Origin: the human T2T-CHM13v2.0 reference genome, Homo sapiens
Reading direction: 5' to 3' (one strand)
Assembly: GCF_009914755.1 (NCBI RefSeq)
Contig: NC_060945.1
DNA length: 64,000 nt
Shown: positions 36,601 to 52,900 of the stretch, in pieces
Position numbering within the stretch: the stretch's first letter is position 1
Layout: each line of letters begins with the position of its first letter
Position numbers and translations under genes: made by a program
Notes under the pieces: model-generated
Databases searched by the model: none
Told to the model about the DNA's origin: nothing
The model's input: the letters and a program-made list of their open reading frames with translations, nothing else

Positions 36601-39600
36601 GACAACAGTTGGATCACCTCGGGATCAGTGCAGACATATGTCTCAATCCCCCTGTGGGCACAGCCTAGACAATTGTTACATCACCTCGGTTAACAGTGCA
36701 GAGATATGTCAAAATGCCCCTGTAGGCAGAGCCTTCGCAAGGATTACATCACTTATGTGATCAGTGCAGAGATATGTCACAATACCCCCTGTAAACAGAG
36801 CCTAGACAAGAGTTACATCACCTGGGTGATCAGTGCAGAGATATGTGACAAGGCCCCTTTAAGCAGAGCCTAGACAACAGTTACATCACCGGAGTGATCA
36901 GTGCAGAGATCTTTCACAATGCCCTTTTAGGCAGAGCTTAGACCACAGTTACATCATCTGGGTGATCAGTGCAGAGATATGTCACAATGCCCCCATAGGA
37001 AAATCCAAGAAAAGAGTCCGCCACATGGGTGATCAGTGTAGAAATATGTGACAATAGCCCCAGGAGGCAGAGCCTAGAGAAAAGTCCAATCACCTGGGTG
37101 ATCAGTGCAGAGATATGTCACAAAGCCCCCATACACAGAGCATAGACAAGAATCCCATCACCTGGGTGATCAGTGAAGACATATGTCAAAATGACCCCAG
37201 AGGCAGATCCAACACAAGAGTTACATCACCTGGCTGATCAGTGCAGAGATATGTCAGAATGCTCCTCTAGGCTGAACCTAGAAATGAGTTACATCAACTG
37301 AGTGATCAGTGCAGAGATATGTGAGAATTCCCGTGTAGGCAGAGTCTAGACAAGTGTTACATCACCTAGGTTATCAGTGCAGGTATAAGTCATAAAGCCT
37401 CCTGTAGGCAGAGCATAGACAAGACTTTCCTCCCCAGGGTCATCAGTGCAGAGATGTGTCACCAAGCCCATTTAGGCAGAGCCTAGACAAGAGTTTCATC
37501 ACTTGGTTGATCAGTTCAGAGATGTGTCACAATGTCCATGTAGGCAGATCTAAGACAAGAGTCCATCTCCTGGGTGATCAGTGCAGAGATATGTACCAAT
37601 GTCCCCTGGAGGCAGTGCCGAGACAAGAGTTGCCTCACCTTAGCGATGAGTGCATAGATATGTCACAAAGCCTTCTGTAGGCAAAGCCCATACAAGGCTA
37701 ACATCACCTAGGTGATCAGTGCAGTGATATGTCACAAAAATTCCTGTAGACAGAGCCTAGAAAAGAGTTACATCACCTGGGTGATCAGTGCAGATATTTG
37801 ACACAATGCCCCCATGGACAGAGCTTTGACAAGACTTCCATCACCTGGGTGATCAGTGCAGAGATATGTCACAAACCCCCTCTAGGCAGAGTAAAGAGAA
37901 GTGTCCCATCACCTGAGTGATCAGTGCAGAGATATTTCACAATGCCCCTGTAGGCTGAGAGTGGACAAGAGTTACATAACCTAGGTGATCTGTGCAGAGC
38001 TATTTCAAAACGCCCCTGTAAGCAGAGCCTAGATAAATGTTACATCACCTGGGCGATCAGTGCAAAGATACGTCGCAATACCCCCTGTAGTTGGAGCCTA
38101 GACAAGAGTTACATCACCCGGGTGATCAATGAAGAGATACTTCACAATACACCCTGTAGTTGGAGCAGAGACAAGAGTTACATCACCTGGGTGATCAGTA
38201 CAGAAATATGTCACAAAGCCCCTGTAGGCAGAGCCTAGAAAAGAGTTACATCACCTAGTTGATCAGTGCAGAGATATTTCACAATGTCCCCTATAGGCAA
38301 AGCCTAGACGTGAGTTACATCACCTTTGTAATCAGTTCACGGATATGTGAAAACGCCCCTGTGGGGAGAGCCTAGACAAAAGTTACATCACCTAGGTGAT
38401 CAGTGCAGAGATATTTCACAATATCCCCTGTAAGCAGATCCTAGACAAGAGTTGAATCACCTGGGTGATCAGTGCAGAGATATTTCACAATGCCCCCTTT
38501 GAGCAGAGTGTAGACAAGAGTTACATCACCTAGGTGATCAGTGCAGAGATTTGTCAAAATTCCCTGTAGGCAGTGCTTATAAAATTGTTATATCACATAA
38601 GTGATCAGTGCAGAGATATGTCACAAAGCTCCTGTAGGCAGAACTTAGATGAGTTACATCACCTGGATGATCAGTGCAAAGGTATGTCACAAAGCCCCCT
38701 GTAGGCAAAGCCTAGACAATAGTTACATCAGTGGGGTGATCAGTGGCGATATCTCTCACAATTCCCCGGTAGGCAGAGCTTATACAACAGTTACATCAGC
38801 TGGGTGATTATTGCAGAGATATGTCACAATGCCCCCATAGGCAGATCCAAGACAAGAGTCCGTCACCTGGGTGATCAGTGCAGAAATATGTCACAATGCC
38901 CACTTAGGCAGAACCTAGACAATAGCCGCATCACCTGGATGATCAGTGCAGAGTTATGTCACAAAGTTCCTTTAGGCAGATCCTAGACAAGAGTTGCATC
39001 ACTTGGATGATCAGTGCAGAGATATGTCACAATTCCACTGTAGGCAGAGTCTAGACAAGAGTTACATGACCTAGGTGATTAGTGCAGAGATACAGCGTAA
39101 TGTCCCTGTAGGCAGGGCCTTGACAAGTGGTACATCACCTGGATGATTATTGCATGGATATGTCACAAAGCATCCTGTAGGCAGATCCTAGAGAAAAGTT
39201 ATATCACCTGGGTGATCAGGGCAGAGTTATGTCACAAGCCCCTGTAGGCAGAGCCTAGACAAGAGTTATATCACTTGGGTGATCAGTGCAGTGATATGTC
39301 ACAATGCCGTGTAGCCAGAGCCTAGACTAAAGTTACAGCACCTGGAAGATCAGTGCAGAGATATGTCACAATGTCCCCAGTAGGCAGAGACCAGGCAAGA
39401 GTTGGATCACCTCAGGATCAGTGCAGAGTAATGGCTCAATCCCCATGTGGGCACAGCCTAGACAAGGGTTACATCACCTCGGTTAACAGTGCAGAGATAT
39501 GTCAAAATGCACCTGTAGGCATAGCCTACACAAGTGTTACATCACTTAGGTGATCAGTGTAGAGATATGTCCCAATACCCCTGTAAGCAAAGCCTAGGAA

Positions 39601-41892
39601 AGGGTTACATCACCTGGGTGATCAGTGCAGAGATATGTGACAAGGCCCCTTTAAGCAGAGCCTAGACAATAGTTACATCACCTGAGTGATCAGTGCAGAG
39701 ATCTGTCACAATGCCCCTTTAGGCAGAGCTTAGACCAGAGTTACATCACCTGGGTGATCAGTGCAGGGATATGTCACAATGCTCCCATAGGCAAATCCAA
39801 GACAAGAGTCTGTCACCTGGGTGATCAGTGCAGAAATATGTGACAATGCTCCCAGTAGGCAGAGCCTAGAGAAGAGTCCCATCACCTGGGTGATCAGTGC
39901 AGAGATATTTCACAATGCCCCTGCAGGCAGAGCGCAAGCAAGCTTTACATCACCTAGATGATCAGTGCAGAGATATGTCACAAGCCCCCCAATAGGCAGA
40001 GCCTGGACAAGAGTTATATCACCTCGGTGATCAATGCAGTGATATATCACTATGCCCCGTAGGCAGAGCCTAGTCAAGCATTACATCACCTGGGTGATCA
40101 GTGCAGAGATATGTCACAAAGCCCCCAAACCCAAGGCCTAGACAAGAGTCCCATCACCTGGGAGATCTGTGAAGAAATATGTCACAATGCCCCCATAGGC
40201 AGATCCAACACAAGAGTTACATCACCTGGGTGATCAGTGTAGAGATATGTCACAATGCCTGCATAGGCAGAGCCTAGACAAAAGTCCCATCACTTGGGTG
40301 ATCCGTGCAGAGTGATGTCACAGCGCCCTCTGTAGGCACAGACTAGAAAATAGTTGCATCACCTCAGTGATCAGTGCGGAGATATGTCAAAATGTCTCCA
40401 GTAGGCAGAGACTAGACAAGAGTTATATCACCTGGGTGATCAGGGCAGAGATATGTCACAATGCACCCTGTTAGCAGATCCCAGACAAGAGTTGCATCAC
40501 CTCGGTGATCAGTGCAGAGATATGTCTCAATGCCCCCTGTCTGCGAAGCCTATACAAGAGTTACATCATCTCGGTGATCAGTGCAGTGATATGTTAAAAT
40601 GCCCCTGTATGCCGAGCCTAGACAAGAGTTACATCACCTGGTTGATCAGTGCAGAGATATCTCACAATACCCCCTATAAGCAGAGCCTAGACAAGAGTTA
40701 CATCACCTGGGTGATCAGTGCAGACATATGTCATAAATCGCACTGTAGGCAAAGCCTAGACAAGTTTTACATCACCTCAGCGATCAGTGCAGAGATATGT
40801 CCCAATGTCCCTCTAGGCAGAGGTTAGACAAGAGACACATCTCCTGGGTGATCACTGCAGTGCTAAGTCACAATGCCCCAATAGGCAGAGCCTAGACAAG
40901 AGTTACATAACCAGGGTGATCCGTGAAGAGTGATGTCACAACGCCCTCTGTAGGCAGAGACTAGAAACGAGTTACATCACCTGGGTGATCAGTGCAGAGA
41001 TATGTCACAATGCCCCCTGTAGGCAGAGCATAGAGAAGAGTTGCATCACCTGGGTGATCAGTGCAGAGATATGTCACAATGGCCCCTGTAGGCAGAGCAT
41101 AGAGAAGAGTTGCATCACCTGGGTGATCAGTGCAGTGATATGTCACAATGGCCCCTGTAGGCAGAGCATAGAGAAGAGTTGCATCACCTGGGGATCAGTG
41201 CAGAGATATGTCACAATGTCCCCTGAAGGCAAAGCCTAGGCAAGAGTTACATCACCTTTGTCATCAGTTCAGGGATATGTGAAAATGCCCCTGTAGGCAG
41301 AGCCTAGACAAGAGTTACATCACCTAGTTGATCAATGCAGAGATATTTCACAATACCCCCTGAAGGCAGATCCTAGACAAGAGTTGGATCACCTGGGTTA
41401 ACAGTGCAGAGATATTTCACAATGCCCCCTTTGGGCAGAGGGTAGACAAGAGTTACATCACCTAGGTGACCACTGCAGAGATTTTTCAAAATTCCCTATA
41501 GGAAGTGCTTATAAAACTGTTACATCACCTAGATAATCAATGCAGAGATATGTCACAAGGCCCCCTGTAGGCAGAGCCTGGACAAGAGTTACATCACCTC
41601 GGTTATCAATGCAGTGATATGTCACTATGTCCTGTAGGCAGAGCCTAGTCAAGCGTTGCATCACCTGGGTGATCAGTGCAGAGATATGTTCACAAAGCCC
41701 CCATACACAGAGCCTAGACAAGAGTCCCATCACCTGGGTGATCAGTGCAGAAATAGGTCACAATGCCCCCATAGGAAGATCCAACACAAGAGTTACATCA
41801 CCTGGGTGATCAGTGTAGAGTTATGTCACAATGCCCCCATAGGCAGAGCCTAGACAAAAGTCCCATCACCTGGTGATCAGTGCAGAGATATG
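33655..41892 (-). repeat. Beta-satellite array in inverted orientation, starting with pLAM-like monomers
   Basis: Monomers read gatcagtgcagagatatgtcacaatgcccctgtaggcagagcctagacaagagttacatcacctgggt, the reverse complement of the other large arrays. Confidence 0.97.
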
Positions 41893-42850
41893 GTTTTCCG
41901 GGCAGACCTCCTGGCTGCACCTGCTGCAGTGCACAGGCCGGCTGAGGTGCACGGGAACCCGCGGGCTGGCGGAGCTCTGCGGGCACCCGGAAACATGCAG
42001 GGAAGGGTGGAAGACAGACATGGTGCCTGCGGCCGGGGGTTGTTGGGGTGGGGGTGGAGGGTGTGGTGATGGTGGTGGTGGGGCCGGAGAGACGAAGAGG
42101 AAGGGGGCGAGGGGGAAGGGGTGAGGGGTGTGCATTTGAGGGGCTGGCTCTCCGGACCTCTCCAGGAATCCCACGGGAACTGGAAGCCGCTCTCTGGGCT
42201 CCCATGCACCTTCAGCAGGGAGAAACCCGCCTGGGAGGGTGGAGTGGAGAGTGGAACTGAACCTCCGTGGGAGTCTTGAGTGTTCCAGGCCCTCTCTCCG
42301 TGTAGGAGGCAGTGCCTGTGGGCCTACAGAGGGCGTTGTGACATCACTCTGCACGGATCACCCGGGTTATGTAACTCTTGTCTAGGCTCTGCCTACGGGG
42401 GCATTGTGACTTATCTCTGCACTGATCACCCAGAAGATGTGACTCTTGTCTAAGCTCTGCCTAGAGGGACACCCAGGTGATGGGACTCTTGTCTAGGCTC
42501 TGTGTATGGGGGCTTTGTGACATGTCCCAATGTCCCCGCGATGGCACTCTCGAAACCTTCGGAGGGCACCCTCCCCAGCCCCATCCCCCACCCCCGGAAA
42601 ATGTGTCCTCCCCTGGGCTGAGTGGCTAGACCTGCAGTCATTGCACACACCGGCTGACGTGCAAGGGAGCCCCCTGGCCTCTCTGTGCCCTTGTGCATCC
42701 GTGCTCAGTACAGAAATATGTCACAAAGCCCCTGTAGGCAGAGCCTAAATAAGAGTTACATCTCCTGGGTGGTCAGTGCAGAGATATGTCATAAATCCCT
42801 GTGTAGGCAAAGCCTAGAGAATTTTACATCACCTCAGCGATCAGTGCAGA

Positions 42851-42852
<2 letters not shown>
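41893..42852. other. Mosaic of short D4Z4 and beta-satellite fragments in mixed orientation
   Basis: About ten fragments, each matching sequence elsewhere in the window (see findings). Confidence 0.85.
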
Positions 42853-43946
<1,094 letters not shown>

Positions 43947-46900
43947 TGACACATCTCTGAATTGATCAACAAAGTGATGTAACTCTTGTCAAGGCTCTTC
44001 CTACACGGGAATTCTCAGATATCTCTGCACTGAACACCCAGATGACGGACCCTTGTCTTGGATCTGCCTATGGGGGCATTGTGACATATCTCTGCACTGA
44101 ACACCCAGGTGATGTAACTGTTGTATAAGTTCTGCCTACAGGGGAATTGTGAGAGATCTCGCCACTGATCACCCAAGTCATGTAACTATAGTCTAGGCTT
44201 TGCCTAAAGGGGGCTTTTTGACATACATTTGCACTGATCAACCAGGTGATGTAACTCATCTAAGCTCTGCCTACAGGAGCTTTGTGACATATCTCTGCAC
44301 TGATGACTTAGGTGATGTAACACTTTTATAAGCACTGCCTATAGGGAATTTTGACAAATCTCTGCACTGATCACCTAGGTGATGTAACTCTTGTCTACCC
44401 TCAGCCCAAAGGGGGCATTGCGATATATCTCTGCATTGATCACCCAGGTGTTTCAACTCTTGTCTTGGATCTGCCTACAGGGGTTATTGTGAAATATCTC
44501 CGCACTGATCAACTAGGTGATGTAAGTCTTGTCTAGTCTCTGCCTACAGGGTCGTTTTCACATGTCCCTAAACTGATGACAAAGGTGATGTAGCCCTACT
44601 CTAGGCTCTGCCAACAGGGACGTTTTCACATATCCCTGAACTGATGACAAAGGTGGTGTAACTCTTGCCTAGGCTTTGCCTACAGGGGACATTGTGACAT
44701 ATCTCTGCACTGATCTCCCAGGTGCTGTAACTTTAATATAGGCTCTGGCTACACGGCATTGTGACATATCACCGCACTGATCACCCGGTGATATAACTCT
44801 TGTCTAGGCTCTGCCTACAGGGGGCTTGTGACATATCTCTGCAGTGATCACCCAGGTGATATAACTCTTCTCTAGGATCTGCCTACAGGGTTCTTTGTGA
44901 CATATCCCTGCAATGATCACCCAGGTGATATACCACTTGTCAAGGCTCTGCCTACAGGGGCATTGCATTGTATCATGACACTGATCACCTATGTGATGTA
45001 ACCCTTGTCTAGGCTCTGCCTACAGTGGCATTGTGACATATCTCTGCACTGATCACCCAGGTGATATAACTCTTCTCTAGGATCTTCCTACAGGGTGCTT
45101 TGTGACATATCCCTGCAATGATCACCCAGGTGATGTACCACTTCTCGAGGCTCTGCCTACAGGGACATTGTGATGTATCTCTGCACTGATCACCTAGGTC
45201 ATGTAATTCTTGTCTAGGCTCTGCCTACAGTGGCATTGTGACATATCTCTGCCCTGATCATCCAAGTGATGTAACCCTTGTCTAGGATCTGCCTAAAGGA
45301 ATTATGTGACATAAGTCTGCACTGATCATCCAGGTGATGGGGCTTTTGTCTAGGCTCTGCCTAAGTGGGCATTGTGACATTTTTCTGCACTGATCACTTA
45401 GATGACGGACTCTTGTCTTGGATCTGCCTATGGGGGCATTGGGACATATCTCTGCAATGATCACCCGGGTGATGTAACTGTTGTATAAGCTCTGCCTACA
45501 GGGGAAATGTGAGAGATCTCACCCCTGATCACCCAAGTGATGTAACTATTGTCTAGGCTTTGCCCACAGGGGGCTTTGTGACATACATTTGCACTGATCA
45601 CCCAGGTGATGTAACTCATCTAAGTTCTGCCTACAGGAGCTTTATGACATATCTCTGCACTGATCACTTAGGTGATGTAACACTTTTATAAGCACTGTCT
45701 ACAGGGAATTTTGACAAATCTCTGCACTGATCTCCTAGGTGATGTAACTCTGGTCTAGGGTCTGCCTACAGGGGGAATTTTGAAATATCTCTGCACTGAT
45801 CAACTAGGTGGTGTACCTCTTGTCAAGGCTCTGCCTACAGAGGCGTTTTCACATATCTCTTCACTGATGACAAATGTGATGTAACATTTGCCTAGGCTTT
45901 GCCTACAGGGGACATTGTGACATATATCTGCACTGATCACCCAGGTGATGCAACTCTTGCCTAGGCTTTGCCTACATGGGACATTGTGACATATCTCTGC
46001 ACTGATCACCCAGGTGATGGAACTCTTCTCTATGGTCTGCCTACAGGGGTCATTGTGACATATCTCTGCACTGATCACCCAGGTGATGCAACTCTTCTCT
46101 ATGCTCTGCCTACAGGGGGCATTGTGACATATCTCTGCACTAATCACCAAGGTGATGTAACTCTTTTCTAGTCTCTGCCTACAGAGGGCGTTCTGACATC
46201 ACTCCGCACAGATAACCCGGGTTATGTAACTCTCGTCTAGGCTCTGCCTAGGGGGAAATTGTGACTTATTTCTGCACTGATCACCCAGGAGATATGAGTC
46301 TTGTCTAAGATATGCCTAGAGGGACATTGGGACATATCTCTGCACTGATCGCTGAGGTGATGTAAAACTTGTCTAGGCTTTGCCTACAGTGGAATTTATT
46401 ACATATCTCTGCACTGATCACCCAGGTGATGTAAGTCTTTCCTAGGCTCTGCTTTCAGGGGGTATTGTGAGATATCTCTGCACTGATCACCCAGGTGATG
46501 TAACTCTTGTCTAGGCTCTGCTTACAGGGGCATTTTAACATATCACTTCACTGACTACCGAGATGATGTAACTCTTGTATAGGCTTCGCCGACAGGGGGT
46601 ATTGAGATATACCTCTGCACTGATCACCGAGGTGATGCAACTCTTGTCTGGGATCTGCTTACAGGGGGCATTGTGACATATCTCTGCCCTGATCACCCAG
46701 GTGATGTAACTCTTGTCTAGGCTCTGCCTACTGGAGATATTGTGACATATTTCCGCACTGATCACCGAGGTGATGTTAGTTTTCTCAAGGATATGGCTAC
46801 AGGGACATTGTGATATGTCACTGCACTGATCACACAGCTGATGTAACACTTGTCTAGGTTCTGGATACAGGGGTCTTGTGACACATCTCTGCACTGATCA

Positions 46901-49900
46901 CCCAGGTGATGTAACCCTTGTCTAGGCTCTGCCAAAACGGGTTATTGTGACATAACTCTGCACTGATCACCCAGGTGATGGGACTCTTCTCTAGGCTCTG
47001 CCTACAGGGGCATTGTGACATATCTCTGCAGTGATCACGCAGGTGATGTAACTCTTGTCTATATCTGCCTACTGGCGGCATTGAGACATATTTCTGCACT
47101 GATCACCCAGGTGATGGACTTTTGTCTTGGATCTGCATACGGGGGCACAGTGACATGTCTCTGCACTGATCACTCATGTGATGTAACGCTTGTCTAAGCT
47201 GCGCCTGAAGGGGAATTGTGACAGATATCTCCACTGATCACCCAGGTGATGTAACAATTTCCTGGGATTTGTCTACAGGGGGCTTTGTGACATATCTTTG
47301 CACTGATCACCCAGGAGATATAACAACCCTTGTCTAGGCTCGGCCTACAGGGGCTTTGTGACATATTTCTGCACTGATCACCCAGGTGATGTAACTCTTC
47401 TCTAGGCTCCACCTACAGGGGGTATTGTAACGTATCTCTGCACTGATCACCTAGGTGATGTAAAATTTATCTAGGCTCTGCCTACAGGTGCGTTTTGACA
47501 TAGCTCTGCACAGATCACCTATGTTATGTAACTCTTGTCCACTCTCTGCCTACAGGGGGCATTGTGGAATATCTCTGCACTGATCACCCAGGTGATGGGA
47601 CTCTTCTCTATACTCTGCCTAGAGGGGGATTTGTGACATATCTCTGCACTGATCACCAAGGTGATGGAAGTCTTGTCTAGGCTCTGTCTATGGACGCATT
47701 GTGTCAAATGTCTGCACTGATCACCCAGGTGATGTACTTCTTTTCCAGGCTCTGTCTACAGGGATTTTTTTGACATATCACTGCACTGATCACCTAGGTG
47801 ATGTAAGCCTTGTATGGCCTTTGCCTACAGAAGGCTTTGTGAAATATCTGTGCACTGATCTCTGAGGTGATACAACTCTTGTCTAGCCACTGCCTACAGG
47901 GGACATTGGTACATATCTCTGCACTGATCAACCAGGTGATGGACTCTTGTCTTAGATCTGCCTACATGTACGTTGTGACAAATCTCTGAACTGATCAACC
48001 AAGTGATGAAACTCTTGTCTAGGCTCTGCCTACAGGGGATTTGTGACACATTTTTGCACTGATCACCCTGGGGAGGGAACTCTTTTCTACGCTCTGCCTA
48101 CAGGAGGCTTTATGACCTATAGCTGCACTGATAACCTAGGTGATGTAACAGTTGTCTAGGCTCTGTCTACCCGGGAATTCTCACATATCTCTGCACTTAT
48201 CACCCAGGTGACGGACTCTTGAGTTGGAACTGCCTATGGGGGCATTGTGACATATCTCTGCACTGATCACCCAGGTGATGTAACTGTTGTATAAGCTCTG
48301 CCTACATGGGAATTGTGAGAGATCTCACCACTGATCACCCAACTGATGTAACTATTGTCTAGGCTTTGCCTACATGGGGCTTTGTGACATAACTTTGCAT
48401 TGATCTCCCAGGTGATGTAACTCATCTAAGTTCTGCCTACAAGAGCTTTGTGACATATCTCTGCACTGATCACTTAGGTGATGTAAAAATTTTATAAGCA
48501 CCTCCTACAGTGAATTTTGACAAATCTCTCCACGGATCACCTAGGTGATGTAACTCTTGTCTACCCTCTGCCCAAAGGAGGCATTGTTGAATATCTCTGC
48601 ACTGATCACGCAGGTGATTCAACTGTTGTCTAGGATCTGCCTACAGGGAGTATTGTGAAATATCTCTGCACTGATCAACTAGGTGATGTAACCCTTGTCC
48701 AGGCTCTGCCTACAGGTGTGTTCACATATCCCTGAACTGATGACAAAGGTGATGTAACTCTTGCCTAGGCTTTGCCTACAGGGGACATTGTGACATATCT
48801 CTGCAATGATCACCCAGGTGATGCAACTCTTCTCTATGCTCTGCCTACAGGGGACATTGTGACATATCTCTGCACTGATCACCCAGGTGATGCAACTCTT
48901 CTCTATGCTCTGCCTACCGGGTGCATTGTGACATATCTCTGCACTGATCACCCACGTGATGTAACTTTTTTCTAGTCTCTGCCTACAGAGGGCGTTGTGA
49001 CATCACTCTGCACGTGTCACCTGGGTTATGTAACTCTCGTGTAGGCTCTGCCTACGGGGGCATTGTGACTTATCTCTGTACTGATCACCCAGGAGATGTG
49101 ACACTTGTCTAAGCTCTGCCTAGAGGGACATTCAGACATATCTCTGCACTGATCGCTGAGGTGATGTAAAACTTCTCTAGGCTATGCCTACAGTGGGATT
49201 TATGACATATCTCAGCACTGATCACACAGGTGATGTAACTGTGGTCTAGGCACTGCTTACAGTGGGTATTGTGAGATATCTCTTCACTGATCACCCAGGT
49301 GATGTAACTCTTGTCTAGGCTCTGCCTACAGGGGCATTTTAACACATCACTGCACTGATCACCGAGATGATGTAACTCTTGTATAGGCATTGCCGACAGG
49401 GGGCATTGAGACATATCTCTGCACTCATCACCGAGGTGAAGCAACTCTTGTCTGGGATGTGCTTACAGGGGGCATTGTGACATATCTCTGCCCTGATCAC
49501 CCAGGTGATGTAACTCTTGTCTAGGCTATGCCTACTGGAGACATTGTGACATATCTCCGCATTGATCACTCAGGTGATGTCACTTTTCTCAAGGATATGG
49601 CTACAGGGACATTGTGACATGTCACTGCACTGATCACACAGATGATGTAACTCTTGTCTAGGCTCTGGCTACAGGGGTCGTGTGACACATCTCTGCACTG
49701 ATCACCCAGGTGATGGGACTCTTGTCTAGGCTCTGCCTACAGGGGCATTGTGACATATCTCTGCAGTGATCACGCAGGTGATGTAACTCTTGTCTATGTC
49801 TGCCTCCTGGCGGCATTGTGGCATATTTCTGCACTGATCACCCATGTGATGGACTCTTGTCTTGGATCTGCCTATGGGGGCAAAGTGACATATCTCTGCA

Positions 49901-52900
49901 CTGATCACTTATGTGACGTAACGCTTGTCTAAGCTGCACATGAAGGGGAATTGTGACAGATATCTCCACTGATCACCCAGGGGATGTAACAATTTTCTGG
50001 GATTTGTCTACAGAGGGCTTTGTGACATATCTTTGCACTGATCACGCAGGAGATGTAACAACTCTTGTCTAGGCTCGGCGTACAGGGGTTTTGTGACATA
50101 TTTCTGCACTGATCACCCAGGTGATGTAACTCTTGTTTAGACTCTGCCTACAGGGGCTTTGTGACATATCTCTGCACTGATCACCCAGTTGATGTAACTA
50201 TTGTCTAGGCTCCATCTACAGGGGGTATTGTTACATATCTCTGTACTGATCACCCAGGTGACGTAACATTTATCTAGGCTCTGCCTACACGGGCGTTTTG
50301 ACATAGCTCAGCAGAGATCACCTAGGTTATGTAACTCTTGTCCACTCTCTGCCTACAGGGGACATTGTGAAATATCTCTGCACTGATCACCCAGGTGATG
50401 CGACTCTTCTCTATACTCTGCCTAGAGGGGGATTTGTGACATATCTCTGCCCTGATCACCAAGGTGATGGAAGTCTTGTCTAGGCTCAGTCTATGGGGGC
50501 ATTGTGTCAAATATCTGCACTGATCACCCACGTGATGTATCTCTTTTCTAGGCTCTGTCTACAGGGATTTTTTTCTGACATATCACTGCATTGATCACCT
50601 AGGTGATGTAAGCCTTGTATGGGCTTTGCCTACAGAAGGCTTTGTGAAATATCTGCACTGATCTCTGAGGTGATGCAACTCTTGTCTAGGCACTGCCTAC
50701 AGGAGACATTGGTACATATCTCTGCACTGATCACCCAGGTGATGGACTTTTGTCTTAGATCTGCCTACATGGACATTGTGACACACCTCTGAACTGATCA
50801 ACCAAGTGATGAAACTCTTGTCTAGGCTCTGCCTACAGGGGATTTGTGACACATCTCTGCACTGATCACCCTGGGGAGGGAACTGTTGTCTACGCTCTGA
50901 CTACAGAAGGTTTTATGACTTATACCTGCACTGATAACGTAGGTGATGTAACACTTGTCTAGGCTCTGCCTACACGGGAATTTTCACATATCTCTGCACT
51001 GATCACCCAGGTGACGGACTCTTGTCTTGGATCGGCCTAAGGGGGCATTGTGACATATCTCTGCACTGATCACCCAGGTGATGTAACTGTTGTATAAGCT
51101 CTGCCTACAGGGGAATTGTGAGAGATCTCGCCACTGATCACCCAACTGATGTAACTATTGTCTAGGCTTTGCCTACATAGGGCCTTGTGACATACCTTTG
51201 CACTGATCTCCCAGGTGATATAACTCATCTAATTTATGCCTACAGGAGCTTTGTGACATATCTCTGCACTGATAACTTAGGTGATGTAACACTTTTATAA
51301 GCACTGCCTACAGGGAATTTTGACAAATCTCTGCACGGATCACCTAGGTGATGTAAATCTTGTCTACCCTCTGCCCAAAGAGGGCATTGTGAAATATCTC
51401 TGCACTGATCACCCAGGTGATTCAACTCTTCTGTAGGATCTGCCTACAGGGGATATTGTGAAACGTCTCTGCACTGATCGACTAGGAGATGTAACTCTTG
51501 TCTAAGCTCTGCCTAAAGGGGCGCTTTCACATATCCCTGAACTGATGACAAAGGTGGTGTAACTCTTGCCTAGGCTTTGCCTACAGGAGACATTGTGACA
51601 TATATCTGCACTGATCACCCAGGTGATGCAACTCTTCTCTATGCTCTGCCTTCAGGGGGCATTGTGACATAACTCTGCACTGATCACCCAGGTGATGGGA
51701 CACTTGTCTAGGCTCTGCCTACAGGGGCATTGTGACATCTCTCTGCAGTGTTAACGCAGGTGATGTAACTCTTTTCTATATCTGCCTACTGGCGTCACTG
51801 TGGCATATATCTGCAATGATCACCCAGGTGATGGACTCTTGTCTTGGATCTGAATATGGGGGCATAGTGACATATCTCTGCACTGATCACTCATGTGATG
51901 TAACGCTTGTCTAATCTGCGCCTGAAGGGGAATTGTGACAGATATCTCCACTGATCACCCAGGTGATGTAACAATTTTCTGAGATTTGTCTACCGGGGGC
52001 TTTGTGACATATCTTTGCACTGATCACCCAGGAGATGTAACAACTCTTGTGTAGGCTCGGCCTACAGGGGCTTTGTGATATATTTCTGCACAGATTACCC
52101 AGGTGATGTAAGTCTTGTTTAGGCTCTGCCTACAGGGGCTTTGTGACATATCTCTGTGCTGATCACGCAGTTGATGTAACTCTTGTCCAGGATCCACCTA
52201 CAGGGGTATTATGAAGTATCTCTGCACTGATCACCCAGGTGATGTAACATTTATCTAGGCTCTGCCTACACGAGCGTTTTGACATACCTCTGGACAGATC
52301 ACCTCAGCTATGTAACTCTTGTCCACTCTCTGTCTACAGGGGGCATTGTGAAATATCTCTGCACTGATCACCCAGGTGATGCGACTCTTCTCTATACTCT
52401 GCCTAGAGGGGGATTTGTGACATATCTCTGCACTGATCACCAAGGTGATTGAAGTCTTGTCTAGGCTCTGTCTATGGCTGCATTTTGTCAAATGACTGCA
52501 CTGATCACCAAGGTGATGTACCTCTTTTCTAGTCTCTGTCTACAGGGATTTGTGTGACATATCATTGCACTGATCACCTAGGTGATGTAAGTCTTGTATG
52601 GGCTTTGCCTACAGAAGGCTTTGTGAAATATCTCTGCACTGATCTCTGAGGTGATGCAACTCTTGTCTAGGCACTGCCTACAGGGGACTTTGGTAGATAA
52701 CTCTGCACTGATCACCCAGGTGATGGACTCTTGTCTTAGATCTGCCTACATGGACATTGTGACACATCTCTGAACTGATCAACCAAGTGATGAAACTCTT
52801 GTCTACGCTCTGCCTACAGGAGGCTTTATGACTTATACCTGCATTGATAACCTAGGTGATGTAACACTTGTCTAGGCTCTGCCTACATGGGAATTCTCAC

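Noticed and set aside
42537-42703. Possible processed (spliced) DUX4 mini-transcript: ATG region joined toward exon 3
   Set aside because: It includes intron 2 sequence and the intronic acceptor, has no poly(A) tail or target-site duplication, and the ORF ends after 26 codons.
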